Shown here: one piece after another, positions 40,798-53,173 of the stretch
Position numbering within the stretch: the first letter of the stretch is position 1
How the letters are laid out: every line of letters starts with the position of its first letter
Assembly: GCA_013239625.1 (NCBI GenBank)
Contig: MU053994.1
Coordinates: forward strand, 685,775 to 749,774
DNA length: 64,000 nt
Reading direction: 5' to 3'
Origin: Lama guanicoe
Lineage: Eukaryota
Made by a program: the position numbers and the translations under genes
Notes under the pieces: generated by a model
The model's database searches: none
The model's input: the letters and a program-made list of their open reading frames with translations, nothing else
Told to the model about the DNA's origin: nothing

Positions 40798-42584
40798 CTG
40801 TCATTTTATAAAAAGAAAGGTTAAAGTTTAAATATATTCTTGTCACCAGAACTTCCTAGGTCTGGATGTTGACTGTATGGGTGTGTTCAGTTTGTGGAGA
40901 ATACACTGAGCTATACATGTATGAGATCTATATTTGCCTGTGTATTAACTTCAAAAGCACGTTTAAGTTAAAAATGGACAATAAAGCATAAAATTTTGTG
41001 CTACAATTCTGGATTCATGGCATGCCTCAATGTCATACAGGACAGAAATGTTTTCCAAATAGGTTAATGGAGCATAAAACTTTATATCTAAGTTATGTCA
41101 GGTAGGAAAGTGTATATTCTAAAAATCTCAGTTTGAAGGTTTTTTTTTTTTTTTAGGACAAGAAGAGCTGACATATAAGTTCATGTTTTAGCTACTCTAG
41201 AAATCACTGAGGCAGCAGGAGAGAGTAGGAAGGGCATTAAACACAAAGACCTGAACACTATTTTCTAAGCTTTGCTCCACTACTCTTGGCCTGAGCAAGG
41301 CACCTACTTAATGTGCTTTACAGTCTATCTGTAAACTGGAAAAATGACATTAGCAACACCTACCTGGGAGGGATTGTATCAACATGAAAAACATTGTTTA
41401 CAGAGAAAATAACATGAGCAAATAATAAGTATTTGTATATAAATAGAAGTGATTTTATAAAGGCCACTCTATAAAAAGTAAGATAGAATCCCTAGTGTGC
41501 ATTGAGGCTGTCAAAAAACAAGCTTGGACACTTTTTGCCGTAATGTCCCAGATCTTACCACTAGAAAATAGTTCATTTAAAGTATACACTTCTTTGCTCT
41601 ATCCTCTTATACACATCCCGTATTCTCTGCCAGAGGCCGGCAGCCAGCGGAAGAGAGGAAAGAAGGCAGATGCCTGTTAGGAGCAGGCCCTGGATGGCAG
41701 GAAGTGGGGGGCGGTGCTCAGCTGGGCTGCAGGCCAGTGTTGCCACAGAACACGATGCTCCCAGACCCTCAGATTTTCCAAAAGTCCAAGAAACTTTTTT
41801 TAAATGTAAAGTCTCCTAATATTTCAATGTTGACAACTGATTCAAATGTTTAAAAACAAAGAAAGTTCAGTCTGCAGGCCAGACTGCACCCATGGGCTAC
41901 CAGTTGTGACTTAATTCTTTGCTTCTAAAGACCTTATCATCTGTAAACTTCCCCTTCTTTCTATGTGCCAATCCCTTACTTCATTCCTAATCCTATATTT
42001 CCACCATGAAATATATTACACTTGACTCTGATAAGTGGCCTGCAAAAATGAATGTCGTGCTCAGGGTACAGAACACCTTGCTGGTATACAGTTTTATTCT
42101 CATTTTCAGTTTTACACTATTATTTTCCCCTTCTTTTTCCTTAGAATATTTTTTCTTAAACGATCCATGATTATGCTCAATGTATGAATTATTTTTTAAC
42201 TATTTGATAAAAACATTAGGATTCAGTGGGAAATCTATGGTCCTGTGAAAGCACTAATATCTAAATTTTAGGCTAACCATGTGAGTGCGATTAGCCTTTT
42301 CATCATGGTTCAAATGTTGAGGGACAATATTTGACCCGTGTATGGTGTATAATGGTAGGTTCACTCTACTCCACATTTCAGGGCTATCATTATTGCAATT
42401 CATTTCATTTCCATGGATCTATTTCCATAAGCTAATTTTTTGGGAGGTTGCTATGTTGTATTTAAATAAAAGTGAGGTTCACAGGACTAAACTCCTGCAC
42501 ATCAGTCAGTGACTTGGAGATTCATGAGGGCAGCACTATCCTGACTTGATGTGATCAGAGAGGGTGATTAAGAGTGATATAGGT

Positions 42585-44120
42585 TAGCATTTGCTGAGCA
42601 CCCCTAACATGTTCCAGGCGTTAACTAATTTAATTATTATAAGACCTCCCCTCCTTTTAAAAGAAGGAAATAAGACTCAGAAAGGTTAAAAAAAAGTTTC
42701 CAGGTGGCCACTCAGCTAACCAGTGAAAGGCCGGGACAGGGACTCAGGCCTACCGCACCGCAGAGCTGTGCTCTTCCCCAGCTCTGCCTATATAAGTTGA
42801 AGACCATAATAGCTGCCCTCAGAGTTGTTCTTCCACCACCTCACTGATATTTAAAGCATTGCAGACTCTTCTTTTTTTGCTGATAAACTCACTTCAGCAA
42901 CATCCTATTCTTATGTATTATTGTATATAATAACAGCAAAAAAACCAATTTAGATGTTTTTCCCCCAGAGCAGCAAAATCTCTGGAACATATATCTCCCT
43001 TCCTATATTGAGAAATATGCCAGTAGCGCTTTTTGATATTTATTTCTCAAAAGCTACTTCTCATTCTGTTTTTCTGCAAAGCAGACTTCCTGGCGCTCAC
43101 TCTTTGACGGCAATGTGAGCTCTGCCCTGGGCCTCCCCCAGGCCCTCTGTGCAGCCCTCCACTGCTCCTTCTTCTGTGGCTTTGGGGGCCCCTCTGTCTC
43201 CTAGAAAGTGTTCCTACCCTCCCTCCTCCTCAGACTTCCCTTTTTCAACCTCCTCTTACCTACTGATGTTTCCCTGAATTCTCTCTTCAGTTCTCTTCTC
43301 TCTTCACACTATGAATACTGGCTCTCATTCATCCATAAGTTTAACTACATTGATGAGCCGGTGATACTCAGCTATCTTCCCTGAGCTCCAGACCCAGACG
43401 TGTATCTGCCTGCTGAACATCTCCTGGATCAACAAGCCCCAAGCAGTCTCCCAAACCTGCCCTGCTCTGTTCTCAGCCTTTGTGAACGGCACTCTTTCTA
43501 CCCAATCCTCCAGGCCAGAAACAAGAATAGCTTGACCTTTTTCCTCCCTCTAAGCTCCATCTCTTTACTGAGCCCTCCAATTCTACCCCTAAATCTCTCT
43601 TGATAATACGTACCCCCAACTCTCCATCCCACTGTCCTAGTCTAGCTCCTCTCCAGTCTCTGCCTGGTCTACTATAACTGCCTTCCAACTGGTGCCCCCG
43701 ACTCTGGTCCTGTTCCCTTCCAGTCCACCCTCCATATTGCTGCCGGAATGACGCTACAAAAGCCCAAGTGTGATCATCTTACTCTTGCAGTTTAACATTT
43801 ACAAACACTGAAGGTCCTGTGCCTCTCTATCCAGGCCAAGGGATACTCTAGGCTGTAGTCACACTGAAATCCCCTCCTGGCTCCCGTCAGCCTGGCTCCT
43901 GTCACCCTGCCCGCTCCTTGCCTGGTTAGGTTTTACTTTTCACGACTCAGTTCGCATTTCACCATCACTTTGTGGGAGCCCTTTCCTAGCCTTTCTCACT
44001 GGCAGCTGAAGTACCATCCTGAAGCACTTTACTGTACTGGTAAATTTTCTGGTCAGTCTGTAGAAATAGCCAAGAATTCCCTGAGATCAGGAGCCATATC
44101 TCACTCTCTGCATACCCAAG
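42585..44120. mobile_element. MIR (about 42585-42780) and L2 (about 43070-44120) remnants
   Basis: MIR core gaaataagactcagaaaggttaa; L2-like cctgagctccagacc...gtgatcatcttactc. Confidence 0.55.
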
Positions 44121-45724
44121 GTGCAAAACTATTTTTTTCTTATTAAGGGATTTAATGGAGGAAAGCCATAGATTTGTTTTCAAATTGTATTTTTATCTTT
44201 GGGCAGTCTTGGCTAAGAACATGGGGGTATCGGGAAACAAAAGGGCATTGCTAAGCAACATTTAAGGCAGAGTCACAGGAACTCTTTTTACCTGGTATTC
44301 TTTCAAGAAATCTATACCCACCTAACATCCCTGATAGGATAGAGAGCCATAGGAGGCTGACTGTAAGCAGCCCTCACTTCTTGAGATCCACCTGATCTGG
44401 GGAAGCTTCTGACTCTCTTTTTGGTGCTTGGTACATAAATATTTGTTGAATGAATAATATGTACCAAATATAAGTTATGTGTCAGGCACTGCGCACAAAA
44501 TATCATATTTAACTTTCACAATGGAAAGAATGAAGGAATTACAGCACCTTCCTCCATGGTAGCATTTTATTTTTAATATAAATGTATACAGCAAATTTAC
44601 CTCTATAGTGAAATAGAACATTTCAATTGCACTCACCTGGAGTGCTGCTGGCCAGCAGCAGTGGCATGTTTCTGTGGTACTCCTTTGTAGCTTACCTTAG
44701 TTTTCTGCCAGAGTCCTCATTTGAAACTGTAACTCAATGGATTCTACATACACAATTCACACTTGCCTCAGAAATGATTACTGATAAACTACAGTAAAAG
44801 CTTGATCAACCAGTAGATGGGGACGATAAAGAAGGAACCAGTTATTCCAATCTTTTTAACTAAGTATTAACTCAGGTCTCAAAATGACTAGGCCAGTGTT
44901 CTTTTGACCAGAGCACTAGGCCTGCATGAATTACTGCTTCTAAAAGAGCACAGAAAAAAATTTTTTGGCCAGGGAAATGTGAAGAAATGGGTAAGAGATG
45001 CTGTTTACGAATGGTTATCGAGAACAGTTCAAATACTGAGATGGACAGATTTTCAGAACATCATTTCAGTATTGCTGGCGCTCATCTCTTCAGTGGAAGA
45101 TGAATGCCCATATCTTTAACATTAATAACTGAAGTTTAAGAGTTTCTCCTCTGCTTACAGGTTTTTCTTTCATGGACTCCACTTCTTTGCTATTTAATCC
45201 TAAATCTACTTTTAAAATAACCATGTCTTGCACTAGAATTAACAACACAGCACATACATTTTAGCCAAAGTATTAATTCAGTCTTACTAACACTAATGAA
45301 TGTGGGAGATTTGGTAAACAGTGCAGTGCCAAATCAGCATATTTGGTTAGTGAGGGGAAGCTACCAGAGAGCCTTGCAGCTACGACAAAATTTACAATTG
45401 CTCCTAGGAACTTCTTCACTTCCTGTCCTAGTCCTTCTCCCCATATTCTTTCTCATTCATGGAAAATCAAACAAGCAAAGAATTCAACTACACAAAATTC
45501 ACAGGAAGGTTACCATCAAAATCCTCCTTGATAAAAGAAAGTATAAGAAATCCCTGGTGTCCAAGATATAGAAGGGACTAGGGAGGGAAAGCTGTGGTAA
45601 ACAATAGTCGAACACACTAGCTGCATTATACACAATGATATTACGCTGGTGGAAATGTAGCCTCTCTCAAGTTCAATGTCTAATATGAGTTTCTCTTTTC
45701 ACAAACAACTACTGACTGGATACA

Positions 45725-45737
45725 TTTAATTTTTATT
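45725..45737 (-). terminator. Probable ORF15 isoform poly(A) signal(s)
   Basis: AATAAA (45732-45737) followed by ATTAAA (45725-45730) on the minus strand, about 1.07 kb after the ORF15 stop. Confidence 0.55.
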
Positions 45738-46809
45738 TTACTTAAAACATTCTGACAAGCAGCACACAGGATTACAGAACAGTGCATGAAGAACACACTG
45801 AAGGTAAGTATAGAGACACTGGGAATGACAGCACTGGGGATGGAGGTCTGACAGTACAGTGAAAGCTCAGAGATTATAGGCGTTTAGAAATACAGAATTA
45901 CAGAAGACAAAAGACATTAAAGCTGCCATAACCTTTGAAGAGGAAAGAACATTTTATAGAAAACTAAATTAATTGTAAAGTATAATTTTTTTCTTTAAAA
46001 GTTTTTTCTTCTGCAAATAATAAACATGTTAGAATGAAAGAATCTAAGAGTTACAGCGGCTATATTTATCCTATCATCTAATCCATTCCATTTTACAGAT
46101 GAGGAAACGGAAGCCCAATGAATAGCTTTGCTGGGTCAATAAATACTTCAAGCTTCTTATACTTCCAGAATATACATTTATCTCCATTTCACTAGATGTT
46201 CTGTCATTTATCAAACAATAACCAAAACAGACGTTAGAGTCTAAGCTCAGAACCCAGCTGTCACTTTGCAGACTATTGCAAAAAAGGACACATAAAAGGT
46301 AGAAAGATAGTACTGTTTTTAAAAAAATGTGAATCCCTCATTTTAGCTTTAGATTACCACCCATTCTTATAAAGTTATTCTATGTGGTAGGCTAATTGTA
46401 ATCATAGACTGAAAAAAATTATGCTAACATATTTATAAGCAGACATTTTTATAACCCTTAAAGATCTGTGCCATTTTTAAAGGGATCTGTTTGTATACAC
46501 AAAGTATTTCTATAGTATACTCCTATTTCCTAAAACTGTCTTTAATGAGGAATTATGCTAATTATATGCTACGGCCTTTTCATATTTTCTAGTTATATAT
46601 TTATAATTTGGGGGAAAATACACCAAAATATTAGTTTAGGAGGAGTCAAAATTTGCCAGTACCTCCAAGTTACCTTTATCAGTTGTTATTGTACCACATG
46701 TAAAGTAACCATGACATAAAATCAGTTTAACAGAATGTATTGAGTGCCCAATATGCATAAAGTGTTCAAACTGTTTGGTTGGACATAATCAGGTCAAATT
46801 TAAAATCTG

Positions 46810-48362
46810 TTACTTCAATTCCAAATAATGTGGTAATACATTATTCCAGAATTTTTTGGAAGCTGGTGGCCCATTTTCTAAAAGTTGTTTTGACCGCACT
46901 GGCATTTTGAACCTCTGTACTTCATGCTCTTTCCCCTTTCCCTCCCTTTCAGCAATCAGCTTTTTGGGATGTGTTTTATCTTTGTTGTATTTCACAGATC
47001 CTCTGCTTTCCCTCACTTTTTTGGATTCTTTTCCTTCACCCTGTCTTCCCTGCCTTCCCCTTTCTTCATTGCCTGTCTCCTGGGACTTCCCCTCCACTTC
47101 CTCCTCATCCTCCTCTTCTTCCTCCTCCTCTTCTCTCCTCCTCTTTTCTTCCTCTTTCCTCTCCCCCAGTTTCCCCTCCTTTTCCCTTTGGTTGCCTTCC
47201 CCCTCTTCTTCCTGCTCCTCTCCTTCCTCTTCCTCCTCCCCTTTTCCCTCCTCCCCCTCTCCTTCTTCCTCTTCTTCTCCTTCCCCCTCCCCTTCTCCCT
47301 CTCCTTCTTCCTCTCCTTCTTGCCCTTCCTCCTCTCCCTCTTCTTCTCCCTCCTCCTCTGCTTCTTCTCCCCCCTGCCCCTCCCCTTCTCCTTCCTCTTC
47401 CTCTCCTTCCCCCTCCTCCTCCTCCTNNNNNNNNNNNNNNNNNNNNNNNNNNNNNNNNNNNNNNNNNNNNNNNNNNNNNNNNNNNNNNNNNNNNNNNNNN
47501 NNNNNNNNNNNNNNNNNNNNNNNNNNNNNNNNNNNNNNNNNNNNNNNNNNNNNNNNNNNNNNNNNNNNNNNNNNNNNNNNNNNNNNNNNNNNNNNNNNNN
47601 NNNNNNNNNNNNNNNNNNNNNNNNNNNNNNNNNNNNNNNNNNNNNNNNNNNNNNNNNNNNNNNNNNNNNNNNNNNNNNNNNNNNNNNNNNNNNNNNNNNN
47701 NNNNNNNNNNNNNNNNNNNNNNNNNNNNNNNNNNNNNNNNNNNNNNNNNNNNNNNNNNNNNNNNNNNNNNNNNNNNNNNNNNNNNNNNNNCTCTTCTTCC
47801 TGCCCTTCCCCCACCTCCTCTCCCTTCCCTTCTGGCTCTTCCTCCCCTTCTCCCTCCTCTTTCCCGGCTCCCTTCTCCTCCTCCCCTTCCTCTTCCTCTT
47901 CTTTCTCTTCTCCTCCCTCTTCCTCCTCCTCTCCTTCCCCCTCTCCTTGCTCTCCCCCTTCCCCTTCCTCCATCCCTTTCTTTCTTTCCTCCTGATGGCC
48001 TTGTTCCCTCTCCTCTGGCTCCTGTTCCTCCTCCTCTTCCAGGTCTTTCTCTCCCTTACCCAGGCTCTCCATTTCTCCTTCTGCCCTGTCTTTCTCCTCC
48101 TCCACTTCCTCACTTCGTCTCCGTTCCACTCCTGAATCCCCCTCCTTCCCAATCCCCTCACCTCCACCTTTGGGCAGGTGCTCTGCCTCTCCCCTTGGCT
48201 CTCCCTCACCTTCACTCACCTCTGCTCTGTTTGTAAGGTCATCTGACAGGAGCTCTGCTTCCTTCTCTTTTCCTCCAGGCATCTCCTCATTTGCCTCTAT
48301 CTCTTGCTCCTCTATTCCACTTCCTTCTGAATCATCTTCTCCTTCCTGCTCCTCTGGGATCT
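46810..48362 (-). CDS. RPGR: RPGR ORF15 terminal exon (exon 15 read through into intron 15): Glu/Gly-rich domain plus basic C-terminus
   Basis: Purine-rich EEEGEGE repeats ending in [15 protein letters not shown], the conserved ORF15 C-terminus; TAA at 46810-46812; middle unsequenced. Confidence 0.97.
47427..47790. other. Assembly gap (364 N) inside ORF15
   Basis: Run of N between GA-rich low-complexity flanks. Confidence 0.99.
48220..48362 (-). CDS. RPGR: RPGR exon 15 (form used in the exon 1-19 isoform)
   Basis: ttgtcag|AGATCCCAG...GCAGAG|gtgagt; 143 nt (190+143=333, frame kept); EIPEEQEG...[10 protein letters not shown]. Confidence 0.93.
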
Positions 48363-48971
48363 CTGACAAGCAGTCACACTTAAAATCATATTTTGTTAGG
48401 AATTTGGACATTCTGTGTTCGATCTCTTCCTCATGTCCTTGTTCAATACATTTTCTGCTATACCATAAGTTTACATCAGTCTCCACTTCATCATCCTCCT
48501 TCTCTCCACTGCTAAATTCTACTGATTCAGGCTGCTCGAATCCATCAGCTGTACCCTGCTGACTTGCACTGTCACCTTCCAAGTAACTATCTGGCTCCTC
48601 TGTAGATCCTCTTTCACTGTCAAAGAGCACATCTTGCTCGTTCCTTTTACTTTCCTTAACAAAATTTTTATTTTCTTCATCCTCAATATTCATATCTCTA
48701 TTTGGTAAGTTGTCAAACATGTCAGTATTTTTTCTATTCTCTTCACTTTTTCTTATATAAGGACCTGTCATTTTCACCAGATCACTTTCCTTCTTAGAGT
48801 CTATTTCTTCTGCTTCTGAATCCTTCTGACTGTGTCCTCCATCACTTTCTTTTTCTATTTCCTTACTATTAAGTGGATAGACACCATGCTTACTTTCACG
48901 TCTGAATATCCCTTTTTGCAAACCCTCTGCACTGGTGTTGGCTGGACGGCTGTGCTGGCCCGAGTCATTAC
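48363..48971 (-). CDS. RPGR: RPGR intron 14 / ORF14 (in-frame, retainable coding intron)
   Basis: GT...AG intron of 609 nt (203 codons), stop-free and in frame with exons 14 and 15; translation GNDSGQ...[10 protein letters not shown] resembles the known RPGR ORF14 peptide. Confidence 0.85.
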
Positions 48972-49161
48972 CTACGTCCTCATCTGAAAATGCTTCCACG
49001 GTCACAGGTGCTTGCATCGCGTACATTCCTTTTGCCAAAAGTTGTTTATATGTTTTCCCTTCTTTCATTTTTTGGGACATCTCTTCACTTTCATACTCAT
49101 TACTATCATCATTTTCAGTCTGAGCTGTATGCTGCTTCAGTTTCTCAATTGTTTCTTGTTT
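48972..49161 (-). CDS. RPGR: RPGR exon 14
   Basis: tttacag|AAACAAGAA...GACGTAG|gtaatg; 190 nt; [10 protein letters not shown]...EAFSDEDV. Confidence 0.93.
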
Positions 49162-51475
49162 CTGTAAATTTTTTGAAGTCATCGTCATACTACTATTAAT
49201 TGACAAAGTAACTTATCTATTATAAAATACTGCCAAGATTTTGCATTATTGTAAGTTTCACTAGAATAAAAATGCTCAGTTTTACTAGACATTTTCTCAG
49301 ATCTTGTTTTTCCTGAGGATAATTTATGCCACTCTCTAAGTCTGTAGAGCACCTAATTTTGATTTAGTAACATGTATCTGTGTTTCACTTTCAAATCTGC
49401 TATCTACCTTAATTTTGTCATTACTCACAGTATCATCAATATTTATTCTCTGCCCCTTTTCTTAATCTGAATCAATTAAATATATTTCCAGACTGATTTT
49501 GCAATAATACTTTGAGCAAATAATAATTTGAGCAAAATACTGCTCAAAAATATATGCTTTTCTGTCTTCTCTAATGTTTTAATTGTCAAATTTTGATTGT
49601 GTGAAATACACAAAATTTAAAAAAATGAAAATATGAAATTTTAAAAAACTTAAAATAATGAATAGCTTTTTCTAGAAGAAAGACATCTGAAATGAAAACT
49701 ACAAGTGAAATGTTCTTTTATCAATATAGTAAATAATGAATATATTTTTCTTTTCAAAACAAAATCTTTGAGTTTTCAAAGTTTTGACCCTCTTCCTTTT
49801 ATCTATTATATTCTTTAATTATAATCTGCATATATAAAAAACACTATAAAAATACTTATGGTAAAATATAAGATTTTATTAAAAACTTTATAAACTAATA
49901 AAAAAACTTCTGAAATGAAACATTGAGATTTTAATGATACATTAAGAATATAAAATTAATTTCCTGATGGACAAAATTAGGCAAAAATCAAACTGTTGAC
50001 CTAAATTCTACAAGCTAATAAATTAAAATAGTAAATGAATTTGGGTCTCTAGATAGTAAAACCTCACTAAATCAAGTTTTATAAATTGTGATGAGTGCTA
50101 GGCCTAGGAAGAGGTCATCTTTTTGCTAAACAGATTCTTAAAACGGCACGAGTTAAAAGTTAATATATAGAATTACTATAATAAATCTTTTTTTATTGAC
50201 TAAACTAGGCCTGGTAGGGCCTCTACTTCAAAGGACTATTTGAAGCATAAAACATATATTAGTCTAAAAGGAAGTGCTTCCTTTTCTGCTTGTTCTAGAT
50301 CTCTTCTTTAAAAAGTCACGATTCTTTCAAGAGCCCTAAGAGAGACAGAGGCCAAGTTGCCAGAAATGATTTCTAAACGTATGTGCCTTTATTTCCTTTG
50401 CACAATAAAGCAGCACAGAAGAGGCAGAGCCCAGAGTCTTAAGAGGAAGGAAAGACACACAAAAGACGTCTGCTTGGAAGTACAGTCAGTCAATAAATCA
50501 GTCAACATTCACTGAGCTTCCACAACTGTGTCTGGAGAACGACTCTCCCATATTCAAAAGGAATGCTGTTATTCAGCATGCCTCTCAGTAAAATATAGAT
50601 AAGACTAATGAGGACTGGCAGCAAATTTTTATAATTTAGCAAGATTCTCTTGCATTTCAGTGACTTTGATTTTAAGGATTTTTTTGCTTAACAATGTGGC
50701 AAAGGCATGAGAAATAGAAATTAAGTGTTTTCTGTAGCCTTCGTCCTTCAATTTACATTTCTCCAATTTATTTTTCTAATCCCCAACCCTTCATCTTCTC
50801 ACTTCACTGGTCCTTAAAGCCAGGAAAAGCAAATGATTTTAGGGCAGGCCTTTATCTCTCCAGGGTTGTGAAAACCAGACTATTCTTTCTTCTTGCTATT
50901 CATTTGTTATTCATTAAAAGTCTCTCTTTATCACCCATGCATAGTTTCTGACTAATTTCCAAATGTTTAATCATGTTACCAACTCCTTGATAAATTAAAG
51001 CCCATTCCAAACATTGTAAAAGCTATTACCAAATATTTTAACTAAACCCACAAAATTTTAGAGCTAGAAAAGATGTTACTATCATCCTGCAAAGTCAGCA
51101 AGGTAACTCACCCAAAGTCATACTTGACCAAAATGTGAGAGGCACTCTGATAAACAGTAGCCTCTTCCAATACATAAGAACTGCAATAAAAATCTTTTGT
51201 CTTGATAATAACAAGGTAAGGCTATTGTCACTTGTTAGTGATTCCAAAGGGCAGATTTCAGCAGTGAAATTCTGCCACTCTTGTTGTATCACAGAAAATA
51301 CATACCAACAGAGTAAGCCCAAAGTGAGGCTATATATATTGTACCCCTTGCTTTTAAATCCTAAAGTGAATGCTTACCTTTCTTGTGTTCTTTCCAGAAA
51401 TCTTTCAAGAAAAATATAAATAATTTAAACTGTTCTTACCCACCATAGAGAAAATAATTCTATTCTATATTATAC

Positions 51476-51541
51476 CTTTTGTTTTTGAATTGGCGATAAT
51501 TTTAATGTTTTTTCATTGGAATTCAGGCTCATCATATGTGT
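51476..51541 (-). CDS. RPGR: RPGR exon 13
   Basis: atttcag|ACACATATG...CAAAAG|gtataa; 66 nt; THMMSLNSNEKTLKLSPIQKQK. Confidence 0.95.
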
Positions 51542-51957
51542 CTGAAATAAATTAAAAAAATATGTTCTAAAAAGAATAAAGACTATATATGATTATATAT
51601 TTATACATTAAAATCTACATAAATAAAATTAATACTAAACAGTTCAGATGGTAATACAATCAACTCTCAATTGCATATTAATAATGTGAGGGCTGAAACG
51701 ATTGATTGATTGATTGATTTTATTTATTAGTAAATACTATGAAGGGACATAGTATTTTACCTGATCAGCCAAATTGACATTCTATGACCCAGGAGTGTAC
51801 AAAATCATTGATTTGAAAATACCTTAGATTCCTAAAGTCACTGGGACACATGTTTGATTACCTACTTGGCTACATAGGAAACATGATATGAAGATTTCCA
51901 TTGTTTTCACTTGACGCTACCTAAGTTCTTTACATTAACTTTAAATTTTATTTTTAA

Positions 51958-52089
51958 ATTTTTTTTTGGAGGGTGAAGTAATTAGGTTCATTTATTTTTT
52001 ATTGTTAGAGGAGGTACTGGGGATTGAACCTAGGACCTTGTGCATGCTAGGCACACACTCTACCACTTGAGCTATATCCTCCCCTCCCT
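51958..52089 (-). mobile_element. tRNA-derived SINE (camelid type)
   Basis: gtactggggattgaacctaggaccttgtgcatgctaggcacacactctaccacttgagcta. Confidence 0.88.
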
Positions 52090-52294
52090 GAAATGAATTT
52101 TATTATATGTAACCTATACCTCAATAAAACTGATTTTAAAACAATGAATGAAATCAAAACCAAAACAAAAAGCTTTTTTTTCTATGCATCTAACGGCTCA
52201 GGAAGTACATACATACACAGACATACACATACAAATACATGAAGAACTAAAATTCAATCTTGTATCTAGATCATATAAATAGGAAAATCATTAC

Positions 52295-52392
52295 CATATT
52301 TAAGACATCAGTAGTTTCTCCAAGGCTTTCTGAATCCACTGATGAAAAATTGTCTGTCTCTTTCTCTTTGGTCATTTTATATTGAAAATAAT
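52295..52392 (-). CDS. RPGR: RPGR exon 12
   Basis: cattcag|ATTATTTT...AATATG|gtaatg; 98 nt, phase-compatible with exon 11 (172+98=270); (D)YFQYKMTKEKETDNFSSVDSESLGETTDVLNM. Confidence 0.94.
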
Positions 52393-52659
52393 CTGAATGA
52401 TTAAAAGAGAAAGAAAACCAGATTTCAAAAGAAAAGTAAAAGATAACTAGACAATAAACAGAAATTATTCTGTAATATAAAAGTACAGTTATAATTTTAC
52501 TGAGGTCCTTTAATCGCATATTAAAGGAATTGAACAGAATCCATTCACAGTGAAAACAGGTTTTAAAGTCTCTTTTGGAAAATTTAAAGACTTTGATGCT
52601 GATAACTGCTTCATTCGTATGAACAGGCAAACACTATTCCTTTGGGATAAATACTGCCC

Positions 52660-53173
52660 AGGTATCAAGCACATTGACGCCAGTCCCCAAAAAGATCCCC
52701 AACGACCCACTTCTTCCTGCTATGCATACACTTGTGTAGTTCCCTTCACATTGTACCAGATTAGTCTGTATGGCCAATAAAATAAAGTGGACGTAATTGT
52801 GATGTTACTGTGCCTTACGTCTTGATCCCCACTGTCCACCTTCTGTCTCACTTTCTTGGATCACTGGCTCTGAGGGAAGCCATGCTGTGAGCATCCCCAG
52901 GGAGAAGCCCATGTGCTGAGGAAGTGAGGTGTCCTGCCAACGGCCATGTGAGTGAGCTTGGAAGAGGATCCTCCAGCCCCAGTCGAACCTTCAGATGACT
53001 GTAGCCTCAACTGACAGTGTGAGTATAAGTATACAAAACACCCTGAGACCAAATCACTCAGCTAGATTGCTCCTAGACTCCCGACCCTTGGAAACTGTGT
53101 GAGATAGTAAATGTTTGTTGTTGTAACCTAAGTTTTAGGGTATTTTGTTATGTAGCAACAGAAAACTAGTACA
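52660..53173 (+). mobile_element. MLT1 (MaLR) LTR
   Basis: gccatgtgagtgagcttggaagaggatcctccagcccc...ttgttatgtagcaacagaaaactagtaca. Confidence 0.8.

Noticed and set aside
46856..48236. Long Ser/Pro/Leu/Phe-rich plus-strand ORFs and the Arg/Lys-rich alternative minus frame
   Set aside because: Shadows of the ORF15 purine tract, which lacks stops by composition, further inflated by the N gap.
49162..49206. Start of the 798-aa ORF as a separate single-exon gene
   Set aside because: It begins at a TTG in intron 13; the real entry is the exon 14 acceptor at 49161.
49511..49548. tttgagca twice followed by inverted tgctcaaa
   Set aside because: Only an 8-bp stem in very AT-rich intron; expected by chance or local slippage.
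1522..52089. tRNA-like A/B box sequences at four positions
   Set aside because: SINE heads with a shared non-tRNA body and A-rich tail, not tRNA genes.
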